Shown: piece after piece, positions 54,421 to 62,926 of the stretch
Numbering within the stretch: position 1 is the first letter of the stretch
Layout of the letters: each line of letters starts with the position of its first letter
DNA from: a virus
Taxonomy: Duplodnaviria; Heunggongvirae; Uroviricota; Caudoviricetes
DNA length: 64,000 nucleotides
IMG/VR virus record: IMGVR_UViG_3300025723_001543
Location: 93,307-157,306 of that record
Strand: one strand, 5' to 3'
The notes under the pieces: model-generated
The model's database searches: none
Told to the model about the DNA's origin: nothing
Seen by the model: only the letters and a program-made list of their open reading frames with translations
Made by a program: the position numbers and the translations under genes

Positions 54421-54528
54421 ATGGACACTACTACTTGCCTTATCATCTTTGGACCGTTGATTTGTATGGTTATTGGCATGGCAATCGGTTTAGCTTTCCT
54501 TCACTATACGGAGAATACCAATGTCTAA
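54421..54528 (+). CDS. small single-pass membrane peptide (35 aa), not in ORF track
   Basis: AAGGAG Shine-Dalgarno 9 nt upstream of ATG 54421. MDTTTCLIIFGPLICMVIGMAIGLAFLHYTENTNV with one hydrophobic helix. Stop overlaps the next gene start. Confidence 0.35.
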   Translation: MDTTTCLIIFGPLICMVIGMAIGLAFLHYTENTNV

Positions 54529-54823
54529 AGGTCTCTTGCTTTTGATTGGTGATAATCAGGGTATTTTCATTCCTCAAACATTTGCAGAAAAATATGCGGA
54601 TAATTGGTTTCTGGTAAATTCAGATGCCTTGGATATTGTTAAGGAAGGTCCAAATCATCCTGAATATTGGGATGCATGGAGTGATGTATTGGATGACGCA
54701 ACTCTCACAGATAACAATAACAATCTATGGAGATTGTATCAAGACGGTGATCTATGGATGTTCTGCAATGAACTGATGAAAGACGAAGAGTATGAAAACT
54801 TCTTTGGAGAAAAACGAGAATGA
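54521..54823 (+). CDS. hypothetical early protein
   Basis: ORF, 100 aa. Confidence 0.35.
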   Translation: MSKGLLLLIGDNQGIFIPQTFAEKYADNWFLVNSDALDIVKEGPNHPEYWDAWSDVLDDATLTDNNNNLWRLYQDGDLWMFCNELMKDEEYENFFGEKRE

Positions 54824-55317
54824 GAGACATTTTTATCATTAGTGACACTCATTTTGGTCATGAAAACATCTTGACTTTCACAGACGAGCATCGTAATGTT
54901 GTTCGTTCATTTGCAGATGTGGACGAAATGGATGCACTTATGATTGACAACTGGAACAAGACCGTCAAAGATAATGATATTGTTTATCATCTAGGTGATG
55001 TGTTCTTTGGTAAAGGATATCAAGTCTTGCCTTTTCTAAAGGGTCGTAAAAGATTGGTGTTAGGCAATCATGATAATCCTAAAAGCAATCATATCACGAA
55101 AAATTTTCAAAAAGTTATGTTACTGCGGTGGTTCCCTGAGTTTGATTGCGTTCTTACTCATATTCCTATGCATGAAAGTGGAATGACTAAAGTTAAATAC
55201 AATCTTCATGGGCACATTCATCAAAAAAAATCTCCTACAGAACGACATGTAAATTGTTGTGTTGAGGTTCGTGATTACACACCTATCGCAATCGAAGATA
55301 TCATGAAGGGTCTATAA
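54820..55317 (+). CDS. calcineurin-like metallophosphoesterase (phage Ser/Thr-phosphatase-like)
   Basis: Motifs DTHFGH, GDVFFG, GNHD, GHIHQ in canonical order. Confidence 0.75.
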   Translation: MRDIFIISDTHFGHENILTFTDEHRNVVRSFADVDEMDALMIDNWNKTVKDNDIVYHLGDVFFGKGYQVLPFLKGRKRLVLGNHDNPKSNHITKNFQKVMLLRWFPEFDCVLTHIPMHESGMTKVKYNLHGHIHQKKSPTERHVNCCVEVRDYTPIAIEDIMKGL

Positions 55318-55318
55318 A

Positions 55319-55711
55319 ATGACTAAACTTCCTGCACTTGTCTATAATCGTAACATGATAGTTCATGGGTCTGCTGAACCAATTCAAAACAATTATCATA
55401 ATGATGATTTTCATCGTGAACCACCAGTAGAAACCATCATTGATGCAGAAAATATCAAAGAAAAAGTTATGGACTATCTTGGTGCTGTATTGGCTAGATG
55501 TTGGTATGATAAGAAGCTTATGGCTGGTTTGGAATTAAATGCTCATAGGACACTTCGTCACTTGGGCATTCTTCTTCCTCCAGAGTTGGAAATCAAGTTT
55601 GAAAAGACAAATAAAGAACGTCCCAAGCTTCTCATCTATGAATGGAACAAGGAACGTACATTCAAACGCAAGGTATGCTATCTACAAATGATGATGATGG
55701 CTGGGAGGTAA
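55319..55711 (+). CDS. hypothetical early protein
   Basis: ORF, 130 aa. Confidence 0.3.
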   Translation: MTKLPALVYNRNMIVHGSAEPIQNNYHNDDFHREPPVETIIDAENIKEKVMDYLGAVLARCWYDKKLMAGLELNAHRTLRHLGILLPPELEIKFEKTNKERPKLLIYEWNKERTFKRKVCYLQMMMMAGR

Positions 55712-55713
55712 GA

Positions 55714-56046
55714 ATGACTGATGATGAAGCAGATATGTATTATGATCGTTGGTTAATTGCTAAGAATACAATTAAGCGACTTGAAGCTGGCATCATGGAA
55801 ATGAAGCAGACAATTGCTAATAGAGAAAATGAGATTGAACGTCTCACAAAAAAATGTGATATGCAAGCTAACATTCTTCGTCACTTGACACCAGATAAGT
55901 TTCCTGATACATTATTTATTAGTGGGGTTCTTGGTGAACGGGATTTAAACAATATGCCTCAGAAGCTTCTTGTTGTTCCTGCATATGGTGTTGACTTTAG
56001 CTATATCTATGAGCGTACAGAAAAAACAACAGGACCAGAGTGGTAA
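55714..56046 (+). CDS. hypothetical early protein (start moved to internal ATG with GGGAGG Shine-Dalgarno; track ORF 55642-56046)
   Basis: RBS GGGAGGT 5-7 nt before ATG 55714. The upstream part of the track ORF overlaps the previous gene. Confidence 0.35.
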   Translation: MTDDEADMYYDRWLIAKNTIKRLEAGIMEMKQTIANRENEIERLTKKCDMQANILRHLTPDKFPDTLFISGVLGERDLNNMPQKLLVVPAYGVDFSYIYERTEKTTGPEW

Positions 56047-56047
56047 G

Positions 56048-56365
56048 ATGGTAGGATACAAGTCAAAGAAACTACTAGCTGAAAGTAGAGAGAGTAATGT
56101 GAGATATTCATTGGTACGTTTGCATGATGGCGCTGGGGATTCTGGACCCATGTGCCAGATACTTGATCCAGAAAATTATCAATTTATCGAAGGTGAGAAC
56201 CGTCCCCGTATTGGGTGCGGTATTCGTGTTGGTTCTTTCTATGGGAGAACCTATGACTCACAAGACTGGTGGCAGACTAGCCCCGTATTAGAGATTCTTG
56301 AAGAGCGTGAGGACTATATGAAGTTCAGGACTCGCAATTCAGAATACGAGTGGAAGACTTTTTGA
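56048..56365 (+). CDS. hypothetical early protein (start at internal ATG 56048; track ORF 55970-56365)
   Basis: The previous gene stops at 56046, with this ATG 2 nt later. Confidence 0.3.
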   Translation: MVGYKSKKLLAESRESNVRYSLVRLHDGAGDSGPMCQILDPENYQFIEGENRPRIGCGIRVGSFYGRTYDSQDWWQTSPVLEILEEREDYMKFRTRNSEYEWKTF

Positions 56366-56366
56366 T

Positions 56367-56960
56367 ATGCCATTTAAACCAAATGAATTGCCTTCACTTG
56401 AAATTTTAAATGATTTATTTATATTAGATATTGAAAACGGCATTCTCTATTGGAAAGAACGTGATAGAAAATATTTTCCAAATCATAAAGCGCATGTAAC
56501 GTGGAATGCAAAATTAGCTAATAAAAAAGCTGGGTCTATCAAAGATAATTTTAAAAAAAATGGTACAAATAAACAATACCACATTATTATGTTTAAAAAC
56601 AAAATGATTTATTCACATAGAGTAATTTTTAAAATATATTATGGATATGAACCAATATATATTGATCATATTAATGGAAATGGTTTAGATAATAGACCTA
56701 TAAATTTAAGATCAGTAACACAAATTGAAAATAATAGAAACATTTCTATTTCAAGAAAAAATAAAAGTGGTGTTGTTGGTGTGTGGTTTGATTCAAGACG
56801 AAAAAAATGGAGAGCCCAATTAATAACTAATAAAAAATGTTATTGGAAATTTTTTGATACATTTGAAGAAGCAGTTGATTATAGAATATTTTTAGAAGAA
56901 ACACATGGGTTTTCTGCGACAGGAAAAAAAACACATGAAATTACAAAAGAAGTAGCGTGA
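56367..56960 (+). CDS. HNH-AP2 homing endonuclease
   Basis: HNH motif HRVIFKIYYGYEPIYIDHINGNGLDNRPINLRSVTQIENN followed by AP2 DNA-binding domain SGVVGVWFDSRRKKWRAQLITNKKCYWKFFDTFEEAVDYR. Markedly more AT-rich than flanking genes. Confidence 0.8.
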   Translation: MPFKPNELPSLEILNDLFILDIENGILYWKERDRKYFPNHKAHVTWNAKLANKKAGSIKDNFKKNGTNKQYHIIMFKNKMIYSHRVIFKIYYGYEPIYIDHINGNGLDNRPINLRSVTQIENNRNISISRKNKSGVVGVWFDSRRKKWRAQLITNKKCYWKFFDTFEEAVDYRIFLEETHGFSATGKKTHEITKEVA

Positions 56961-56977
56961 TAAACTAGGAGTTTAAA

Positions 56978-57355
56978 ATGACAACATGGAAAGTTTCAAC
57001 AAAGTATAAGAAGTCTATCACTGAAAAACAGTTCTGGACAAAAGATGGCAAAACCATTATCTATAGCATTGGTTGGCGTTGGGGATATGCTCGCTATGCT
57101 GAGAAGCCAGAGATTGATGAAGATGATGAAGAAGTAAATATCTATGAACTTGGTGATGTGATTGATCAAGAGCAAGAAGATGGCTGTTGGTCTGATTGGG
57201 AATTTCCTGATGACATGGATGAAGAAGAACAAGAACGTCTTCAAGAAGCATATGAAGAAGAATATGATGAAGGTCTTGAAGGTGAAGGTTGGGTTTGCGA
57301 TGATACAGAAACATGGTTTTCTGGTCCACTAGAAATTGAGGAAGAAACAGAATGA
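56978..57355 (+). CDS. acidic hypothetical protein
   Basis: 125 aa, D/E-rich C-terminal half. Confidence 0.3.
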   Translation: MTTWKVSTKYKKSITEKQFWTKDGKTIIYSIGWRWGYARYAEKPEIDEDDEEVNIYELGDVIDQEQEDGCWSDWEFPDDMDEEEQERLQEAYEEEYDEGLEGEGWVCDDTETWFSGPLEIEEETE

Positions 57356-58536
57356 TTGCTCGTATTGTCTTGACATTCGTATCTCTTGTAGTGTATGGTT
57401 TCATTACTAAGTTGTATAATCCAATTTCAACATTGATTTTGGGTAGCACAGCTGGTGATCAGTTTGCAAACAGTGACATGGCATATGTAAAGTCCATGTA
57501 CATTTTTTTTCTTTTTGATGGGGTAAATTTTATGCTTGGACCTATTCTTTTCTTTACTCTTGCCGTCATCTGGTTTAAGCCAATGAAGCAGTGGATTATT
57601 GCGGCATCTACTTTTGCTATCGCACTTTTCCTTATTAACCCTGATCAAGCATGGGCATATGCTGATACGACAGATAAGACTGAGGCATATACTATCCTTC
57701 CTAATCAGTCAGCTTTCTGGGTTCCAGATGTTGGTGCTAACAAGGAAAGTCAGGCTCAATTTGAAAGTGAGTCTTACTACAATGAACGCAAGATTGCATC
57801 GAAGCGTTTCGTAGTTCCTCATCAGAAACTTTCTAACTCTGGTGGATATCTTGGTTGGGATTTCTATATTCCTACTGGTCGTCTCTATATTGTTGATCGT
57901 ACACCTTATAGCCGTGAATGGGTTGCTGGTACACATCGTGGAACATCTTCAAGGGATGAGTCTTTTCCTTGTCAGACTAAAGAAGGTTTGAATATTACAG
58001 CTGGTGTTTCTATTGGTGCTTCTGTATCGGAAGATAATGCTGCAAAGTTTCTTTATAACTTTGGTGTAATTCCTCCTTCTGGAAAGTCTATTGATCCTGT
58101 TGTCATCTTCACTTCTGTTTACTATGGGCGTAGCCTGACTGATATTATGGATGATGTTGGTCGTAAGAAGATTCAGACTATGGTGTGCGGTGAAGTTGGT
58201 CGTCGCACATTCGATCAAGCCAATGCTGACTACATTCCAATGATGGATACTATTGAGAAGAATGCTAAAGATTATTTTGGTAAGCTTGGAATCACTATTA
58301 ATTTTGTCGGATGGGCTGATACTTTTACTTTCGATAAGGAAATTCAAGTTGCAATTAATCGTAAGTTTGAAGCAGAAAAACTTGCATCTATTATGAGTAC
58401 TCTTGAGTCAATTGCACAACTCAATGTTCAAAATGGTCTTGGTGCTGGTTTGGCTAACAAGGGATTGCCAATTGTTGTAACTCCCGGTATGATTGATGCA
58501 CTTATTAATCTTGTACCAAAGACTGTGGTAAAGTAA
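57352..58536 (+). CDS. multi-pass membrane protein with C-terminal SPFH (band-7/prohibitin)-like domain (tentative)
   Basis: N-terminal hydrophobic helices (VLTFVSLVVYGFI; ILFFTLAVIWF; IIAASTFAIALFLI). C-terminal region resembles slipin-like cores with an AEK-rich helix (FDKEIQVAINRKFEAEKLASIMSTLESIAQLNVQ). Confidence 0.35.
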   Translation: MIARIVLTFVSLVVYGFITKLYNPISTLILGSTAGDQFANSDMAYVKSMYIFFLFDGVNFMLGPILFFTLAVIWFKPMKQWIIAASTFAIALFLINPDQAWAYADTTDKTEAYTILPNQSAFWVPDVGANKESQAQFESESYYNERKIASKRFVVPHQKLSNSGGYLGWDFYIPTGRLYIVDRTPYSREWVAGTHRGTSSRDESFPCQTKEGLNITAGVSIGASVSEDNAAKFLYNFGVIPPSGKSIDPVVIFTSVYYGRSLTDIMDDVGRKKIQTMVCGEVGRRTFDQANADYIPMMDTIEKNAKDYFGKLGITINFVGWADTFTFDKEIQVAINRKFEAEKLASIMSTLESIAQLNVQNGLGAGLANKGLPIVVTPGMIDALINLVPKTVVK

Positions 58537-58537
58537 A

Positions 58538-58939
58538 ATGGATAGGCGTAAGTTTTTTTCTTTTTTACCAGCTGCTCCAGTTGGTATGTTGATGGCTGCG
58601 GAGGCTATGGCAAAAGCTCCCCCAGCATCAATGGCTCCTGATAAAGCATTAATGACACTTACTGCTCATAGTACTCCACCGCTTGTTACGCCCCGTGATC
58701 CATTTACATTTGCGCCTCTTCTTGAAAGAGGATCATTCACTATTCCAAAAGAATATGTTAATCATTACGTATCATCTTTAGACAATAAATTCAATAACAA
58801 ATTGACTATTGGTAAAGGCATGGAGGTAGAAGCAGATATGAACTTTGACTCTGAAACGAGGGTTGCTATGTCTGTTGGCAAGGATGGACATCTTTGGTTG
58901 AAGATTAATGATGAATGGAAAAGGATCGTAACAGAATGA
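58538..58939 (+). CDS. secreted/periplasmic protein with twin-arginine (Tat)-like signal peptide
   Basis: MDRRKFFSFLPAAPVGMLMAAEAMAKA: RRxFF motif, hydrophobic core, AxA cleavage-type site. Translationally coupled to the upstream membrane protein. Confidence 0.35.
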   Translation: MDRRKFFSFLPAAPVGMLMAAEAMAKAPPASMAPDKALMTLTAHSTPPLVTPRDPFTFAPLLERGSFTIPKEYVNHYVSSLDNKFNNKLTIGKGMEVEADMNFDSETRVAMSVGKDGHLWLKINDEWKRIVTE

Positions 58940-58948
58940 AGTTTACTA

Positions 58949-59155
58949 ATGAGTTATAGGTCGTACTGTTTCAAAGAAATTGATGGTAACAATGAAGAAG
59001 TTACTATTCAAATTACAGAGTTTGATGTTCTCGATATTTATTGGGAACAATGGATTGAAAGACAACCAGATCGAACAGAGCCACTTGACATTCTCGAAGA
59101 AGAGTGTATAGTAGCATGGATGGAAACTTATAAGGGATGGCAAGTTTTATCGTAA
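58949..59155 (+). CDS. hypothetical protein
   Basis: ORF, 68 aa. Confidence 0.3.
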   Translation: MSYRSYCFKEIDGNNEEVTIQITEFDVLDIYWEQWIERQPDRTEPLDILEEECIVAWMETYKGWQVLS

Positions 59156-59168
59156 AGAAAGGTTTGTT

Positions 59169-59369
59169 ATGAAGAAGGAAGTTATGATGATTGACCCGCC
59201 TTCTGGTTGGAAATATGGGTTTCCTAAGCCTTTGACAGAAGATGCAGAGGGCAGAAATCTTGAATGGTTAGTTGAACAAGGATATCCTCAAAAAGAAATC
59301 GATGCTTGTGGAAAGCATTTTTATTGCCGCTATTGGAAACAGGAGATTGAAGATGAATCTGGAAATTGA
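59169..59369 (+). CDS. hypothetical protein
   Basis: ORF, 66 aa. Confidence 0.3.
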   Translation: MKKEVMMIDPPSGWKYGFPKPLTEDAEGRNLEWLVEQGYPQKEIDACGKHFYCRYWKQEIEDESGN

Positions 59370-59616
59370 TGACGAGCTTGTAAGCAAGATTATTGTTGAA
59401 GATTTGAAGAAGGCATACATCTCTTGTCAAGAAGAAATTGCTCGATTGGTATCAAAGTCAAGTCCACTTGAAGATTATGAATATCAAGATGTGTATGATA
59501 ATGAAGAAACCTCAAATGCGTTGGCAAGAGTTCTTCAATATTATATGTATCGTCCTTATGCCGACGAATTCATCAAAGAAAATAGGTATAGAAAAGGTCA
59601 TTATTTCGATGATTGA
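59353..59616 (+). CDS. hypothetical protein (internal ATG with AGGAG Shine-Dalgarno; track ORF 59272-59616)
   Basis: AGGAG 59341-59345, 7 nt before ATG 59353. Confidence 0.3.
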   Translation: MNLEIDDELVSKIIVEDLKKAYISCQEEIARLVSKSSPLEDYEYQDVYDNEETSNALARVLQYYMYRPYADEFIKENRYRKGHYFDD

Positions 59617-59653
59617 TTGAAGATAAATAGCATATAAACAAGGATTATATGCT

Positions 59654-60175
59654 ATGCCTCTTTTAACAACTCAACCAAATAACATAAATTTTCTTTCTCC
59701 ATTAGGATTTAAATTTACTTTGGCACGGGCTCCAAATTTGGATTTCTTTGTCACTGACGTTAATATTCCTTCCTTAGCACTTGGATTTATCCAATCGCCA
59801 ACGCCATTTAAAGTTCTTGAAATAGCCGGAAATAGATTAGACTATGGCGATCTTCAAGTTACATTTAAAGTAGACGAAGATTTTCAAAATTATTTGGAAG
59901 TTTATAATTGGTTAGTTGGTCTTGGATTTCCAGAAAATTTTGGTCAATATAAAACTCTTCAATCTGTAAGTCCCGGTTCAAAAGATGGGTTATACTCTGA
60001 TGCCACTCTTACTATTTTAAATAGTAATATGAATCCAAATATCATAGTTTCATTTGAAGACTTGTTTCCGGTTTCATTAAGTGATATAAATTTCACTTCA
60101 ACTGATTCGGATGTGAACTATGTTACCAACACAGTTAGTTTTAAATATAAAATTTTTAGGGTAGCAAAAATATAG
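59654..60175 (+). CDS. tail tube-family paralog (gp19/gp54-like)
   Basis: FKFTLARAPNLDFFVTDVNIPSLALGFIQSPTPFKVLEIAGNRLDYGDLQVTFKVDEDFQNYLEVYNW parallels gp19 of this phage (FQVIISNPINP...KVAQIPSSQLGLIEVPYFGRRLKIAGDRRFDPWTVTIINDEDFAVRNAMEQW). Confidence 0.5.
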   Translation: MPLLTTQPNNINFLSPLGFKFTLARAPNLDFFVTDVNIPSLALGFIQSPTPFKVLEIAGNRLDYGDLQVTFKVDEDFQNYLEVYNWLVGLGFPENFGQYKTLQSVSPGSKDGLYSDATLTILNSNMNPNIIVSFEDLFPVSLSDINFTSTDSDVNYVTNTVSFKYKIFRVAKI

Positions 60176-60185
60176 GATTTTTATT

Positions 60186-60620
60186 ATGAAGCTTGATGAT
60201 ATTCATGATATGTGGGACGAAGATTGTAATATTGATCGTACTGAACTTGGTAATGAAAGTTTAAAGCTTCCTAAAATGCATAGCAAGTATCTTCGTATTT
60301 TCTCAGATGAAAATATGCTTTTGAAGAAACTAGAACAAGATCGTAAACAATTTATTAAGTTGAAATATGATTATTATCGTGGTATAATGCCTCCAGAAGA
60401 TTTAAAAGAACATGGATGGCAACCATTTCAATTAAATGTATTGAAATCGGATGTTCCTATGCATATAGAAGCTGATCAAGATATTATTAATATTAATTTG
60501 AGAATTGCTATGCAGCAAGAAAAAGTAGATGTACTTGAATCAATTATTAAATCAATTAAAGATAGAGGATTTCAAATTAAAAATGCAATTGAATTTGAAA
60601 AATTTAAAGTAGGTGCGTGA
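60186..60620 (+). CDS. uvsY: recombination mediator UvsY
   Basis: YYRGIMPPEDL...VLKSDVPMHIEADQDII and IKSIKDRGFQIKNAIEFEKFKVGA match T4 UvsY (YYSGRGDGDEF...VLSADKDVLKVDTSL; LDAIKSRGFAIKHIQDMRAFEAGK). Confidence 0.8.
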   Translation: MKLDDIHDMWDEDCNIDRTELGNESLKLPKMHSKYLRIFSDENMLLKKLEQDRKQFIKLKYDYYRGIMPPEDLKEHGWQPFQLNVLKSDVPMHIEADQDIININLRIAMQQEKVDVLESIIKSIKDRGFQIKNAIEFEKFKVGA

Positions 60621-62064
60621 CAAGTTATACGTTACAAAAGTAAATGAAGTTTATGCTAGAGTGACATGTGAACCATCTGTTGCACAGGAACTTTGTGATA
60701 ATTTTACATTTACAGTACCCGGTGCTAAATTTATTCCTGCGGTTCGCAATAAATTTTGGGATGGAAAAATAAAACTTTATAATACAATGACTGCTTTGTT
60801 ATATTTTGGCTTAATTAAAGAAGTATCAGAATTTGCATCTTCTAGAAATTATGATGTTGAATATGATGATAACTGTAAACCAAACTTAACTACATTCAAT
60901 GATTCAGAGGTAAAAGAATTTTTAAACGACTGTGAGTTAACATTGACTCCTCGTGATTATCAAATAAACGCCTTTCGTCATGCAATAAAGTATGACAGAG
61001 GCGTTTTTTTATCACCAACTGCTTCCGGCAAATCATTAATTATCTATCTATTAACGAGGTATTATAATGCACGTACTCTTATTATTGTTCCAACTACTTC
61101 TTTGGTTAGTCAACTTGCCTCTGACTTTGCTGATTATGGTTTTATATCCGATAAGTTCGTCCATAGAATTTATGAGGGTCAAGATAAACAGACAGATAAA
61201 CCAATTACCATCTCAACATGGCAATCTATATACAAGTTGCCTAAAAGCTATTTCGAACAGTTTGATGTGGCCATAGGAGACGAGGCACATTTATTCAAAG
61301 CCAAATCTCTTACATCAATTATGGAGAAGATGGGCAATTGTAAATATCGTTTTGGGTTTACTGGTACTTTAGATGGTTCGCAAACAAACAAAATGGTTTT
61401 AGAAGGATTGTTTGGTCCTGTATATAAAGTAACAACGACTGCTGAATTGATGGAAAAAAATCATGTTGCTGATCTTAAAATTAAAGCAATTGTTCTTGGA
61501 TATAGTGATGAGGAAAGAAAACTCGTCAAGAGCATGTCATATCAAGATGAAGTAGATTTTATTGTAAGGCATCAAGCAAGAAACAAATTTTTACGTAATT
61601 TGTCACTTTCTTTGGAAGGAAACTCACTTATTCTCTTTCAATTTGTTGAAAAACATGGTAAGATGTTATTTGATATGTTGAAGGATAAACAGCCAGATAG
61701 ACCTATATTTTTTATTCATGGAGGAATTGATGGAGAAGAACGTGAAGCAATACGGCATATCGTTGAAAAAGAAACTAATGCTATCATTGTTGCCAGTTAC
61801 GGCACATTCTCAACTGGTGTTAACATACGCAATCTTCATAATGTTGTGTTTAGTTCTCCGACCAAATCTCGTGTGAGAACATTACAATCAATTGGTCGTG
61901 GACTACGTATAGGAACAGAAAAATCATCTGTAGTAGTATATGATATTGCAGATGATTTAAAACATAAAACAAAAATGAATTTTACATTATTACATTTTAT
62001 GGAACGTCTAAATATATACAATAGTGAAAGTTTTGATTACAAAATTTACAATGCGAGTATTTAA
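60613..62064 (+). CDS. uvsW: DNA helicase UvsW (SF2), GTG start overlapping uvsY stop
   Basis: LSPTASGKSLIIYLLTRYY...LIIVPTTSLVSQLASDFADYGF...AIGDEAHLFKAKSL...IIVASYGTFSTGVNIRNLHNVVF match T4 UvsW (NLPTSAGKSLIQALLARYY...LIIVPTTALTTQMADDFVDY...NDECHLATGKSI...IIVASYGVFSTGISVKNLHHVVL). Confidence 0.88.
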   Translation: MRDKLYVTKVNEVYARVTCEPSVAQELCDNFTFTVPGAKFIPAVRNKFWDGKIKLYNTMTALLYFGLIKEVSEFASSRNYDVEYDDNCKPNLTTFNDSEVKEFLNDCELTLTPRDYQINAFRHAIKYDRGVFLSPTASGKSLIIYLLTRYYNARTLIIVPTTSLVSQLASDFADYGFISDKFVHRIYEGQDKQTDKPITISTWQSIYKLPKSYFEQFDVAIGDEAHLFKAKSLTSIMEKMGNCKYRFGFTGTLDGSQTNKMVLEGLFGPVYKVTTTAELMEKNHVADLKIKAIVLGYSDEERKLVKSMSYQDEVDFIVRHQARNKFLRNLSLSLEGNSLILFQFVEKHGKMLFDMLKDKQPDRPIFFIHGGIDGEEREAIRHIVEKETNAIIVASYGTFSTGVNIRNLHNVVFSSPTKSRVRTLQSIGRGLRIGTEKSSVVVYDIADDLKHKTKMNFTLLHFMERLNIYNSESFDYKIYNASI

Positions 62065-62066
62065 AA

Positions 62067-62663
62067 ATGACAGAAGTACCAGAAGTACCAGAATTAGCAA
62101 AAGAAATTCGTAAAGAAAAAGTTAAAAAAGTAAGTATTCATTATATTGATAATAAGAAATTTTATACAGCTATTATTCAATATAAAAGTGATTGTGCAGA
62201 AGCTGATGAAAAGGGTGAAGAACATCCAAGGATTCCTCCTTATATTGGCGAATGTCTTTATAAAATTGCAACTCGTCTTTCTCTAAAACCAAACTTCATC
62301 AGTTATACGTATCGTGATGAAATGATTTCAGATGGACTAGAGAACTGTGTTAATTATTTAAATAATTTTAATCCTGAAAAATCAACAAATCCATTTGCAT
62401 ATTTTACGCAGATTATTTGGTATGCTTTCTTAAGGCGTATTGACAAAGAGAAGAAACATCTGTATATCAAACAGAAGACTTTGGAGAATTTTTACTTTGA
62501 AGGTATGCTGGCTGAACAATCTATAGGTGATGAAAAAAATGTGACTGTCAATTTGGATAATGATTATATGAAAAATCTTGTCAAGTCATACGATAAAAAA
62601 CAATCAGAGAAAGCAACAAAGCGTAAAGATAAAAAAATTGGAGTGGAGAAGTTTTATGAATAA
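62067..62663 (+). CDS. 55: late-transcription sigma factor gp55
   Basis: YRDEMISDGLENCVNYLNNFNPEKSTNPFAYFTQIIWYAFLRRIDKEKK matches T4 gp55 ([49 protein letters not shown]). Confidence 0.88.
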   Translation: MTEVPEVPELAKEIRKEKVKKVSIHYIDNKKFYTAIIQYKSDCAEADEKGEEHPRIPPYIGECLYKIATRLSLKPNFISYTYRDEMISDGLENCVNYLNNFNPEKSTNPFAYFTQIIWYAFLRRIDKEKKHLYIKQKTLENFYFEGMLAEQSIGDEKNVTVNLDNDYMKNLVKSYDKKQSEKATKRKDKKIGVEKFYE

Positions 62664-62926
62664 TGATAATATACATATGGTTCCACCAAGTGTGGTAGAT
62701 ATTGTTGAAAAAATTAATTCGCCTATCGCTCATCCAAATGAGAAAATGAATTATCTCGTAAGGCTTGAGACCATTCGTGACTATTGTATCTCATCAATCA
62801 ATAAGCATAATAGTAATACTCAAAAGAATAATGTTTTTAAAGATACCCGTCCTAAAACAAATTATTCACGAATTGGTAGAAACAACGTATGAATCATTAG
62901 TTATATAAAATGAAAGGAGACTCAGT

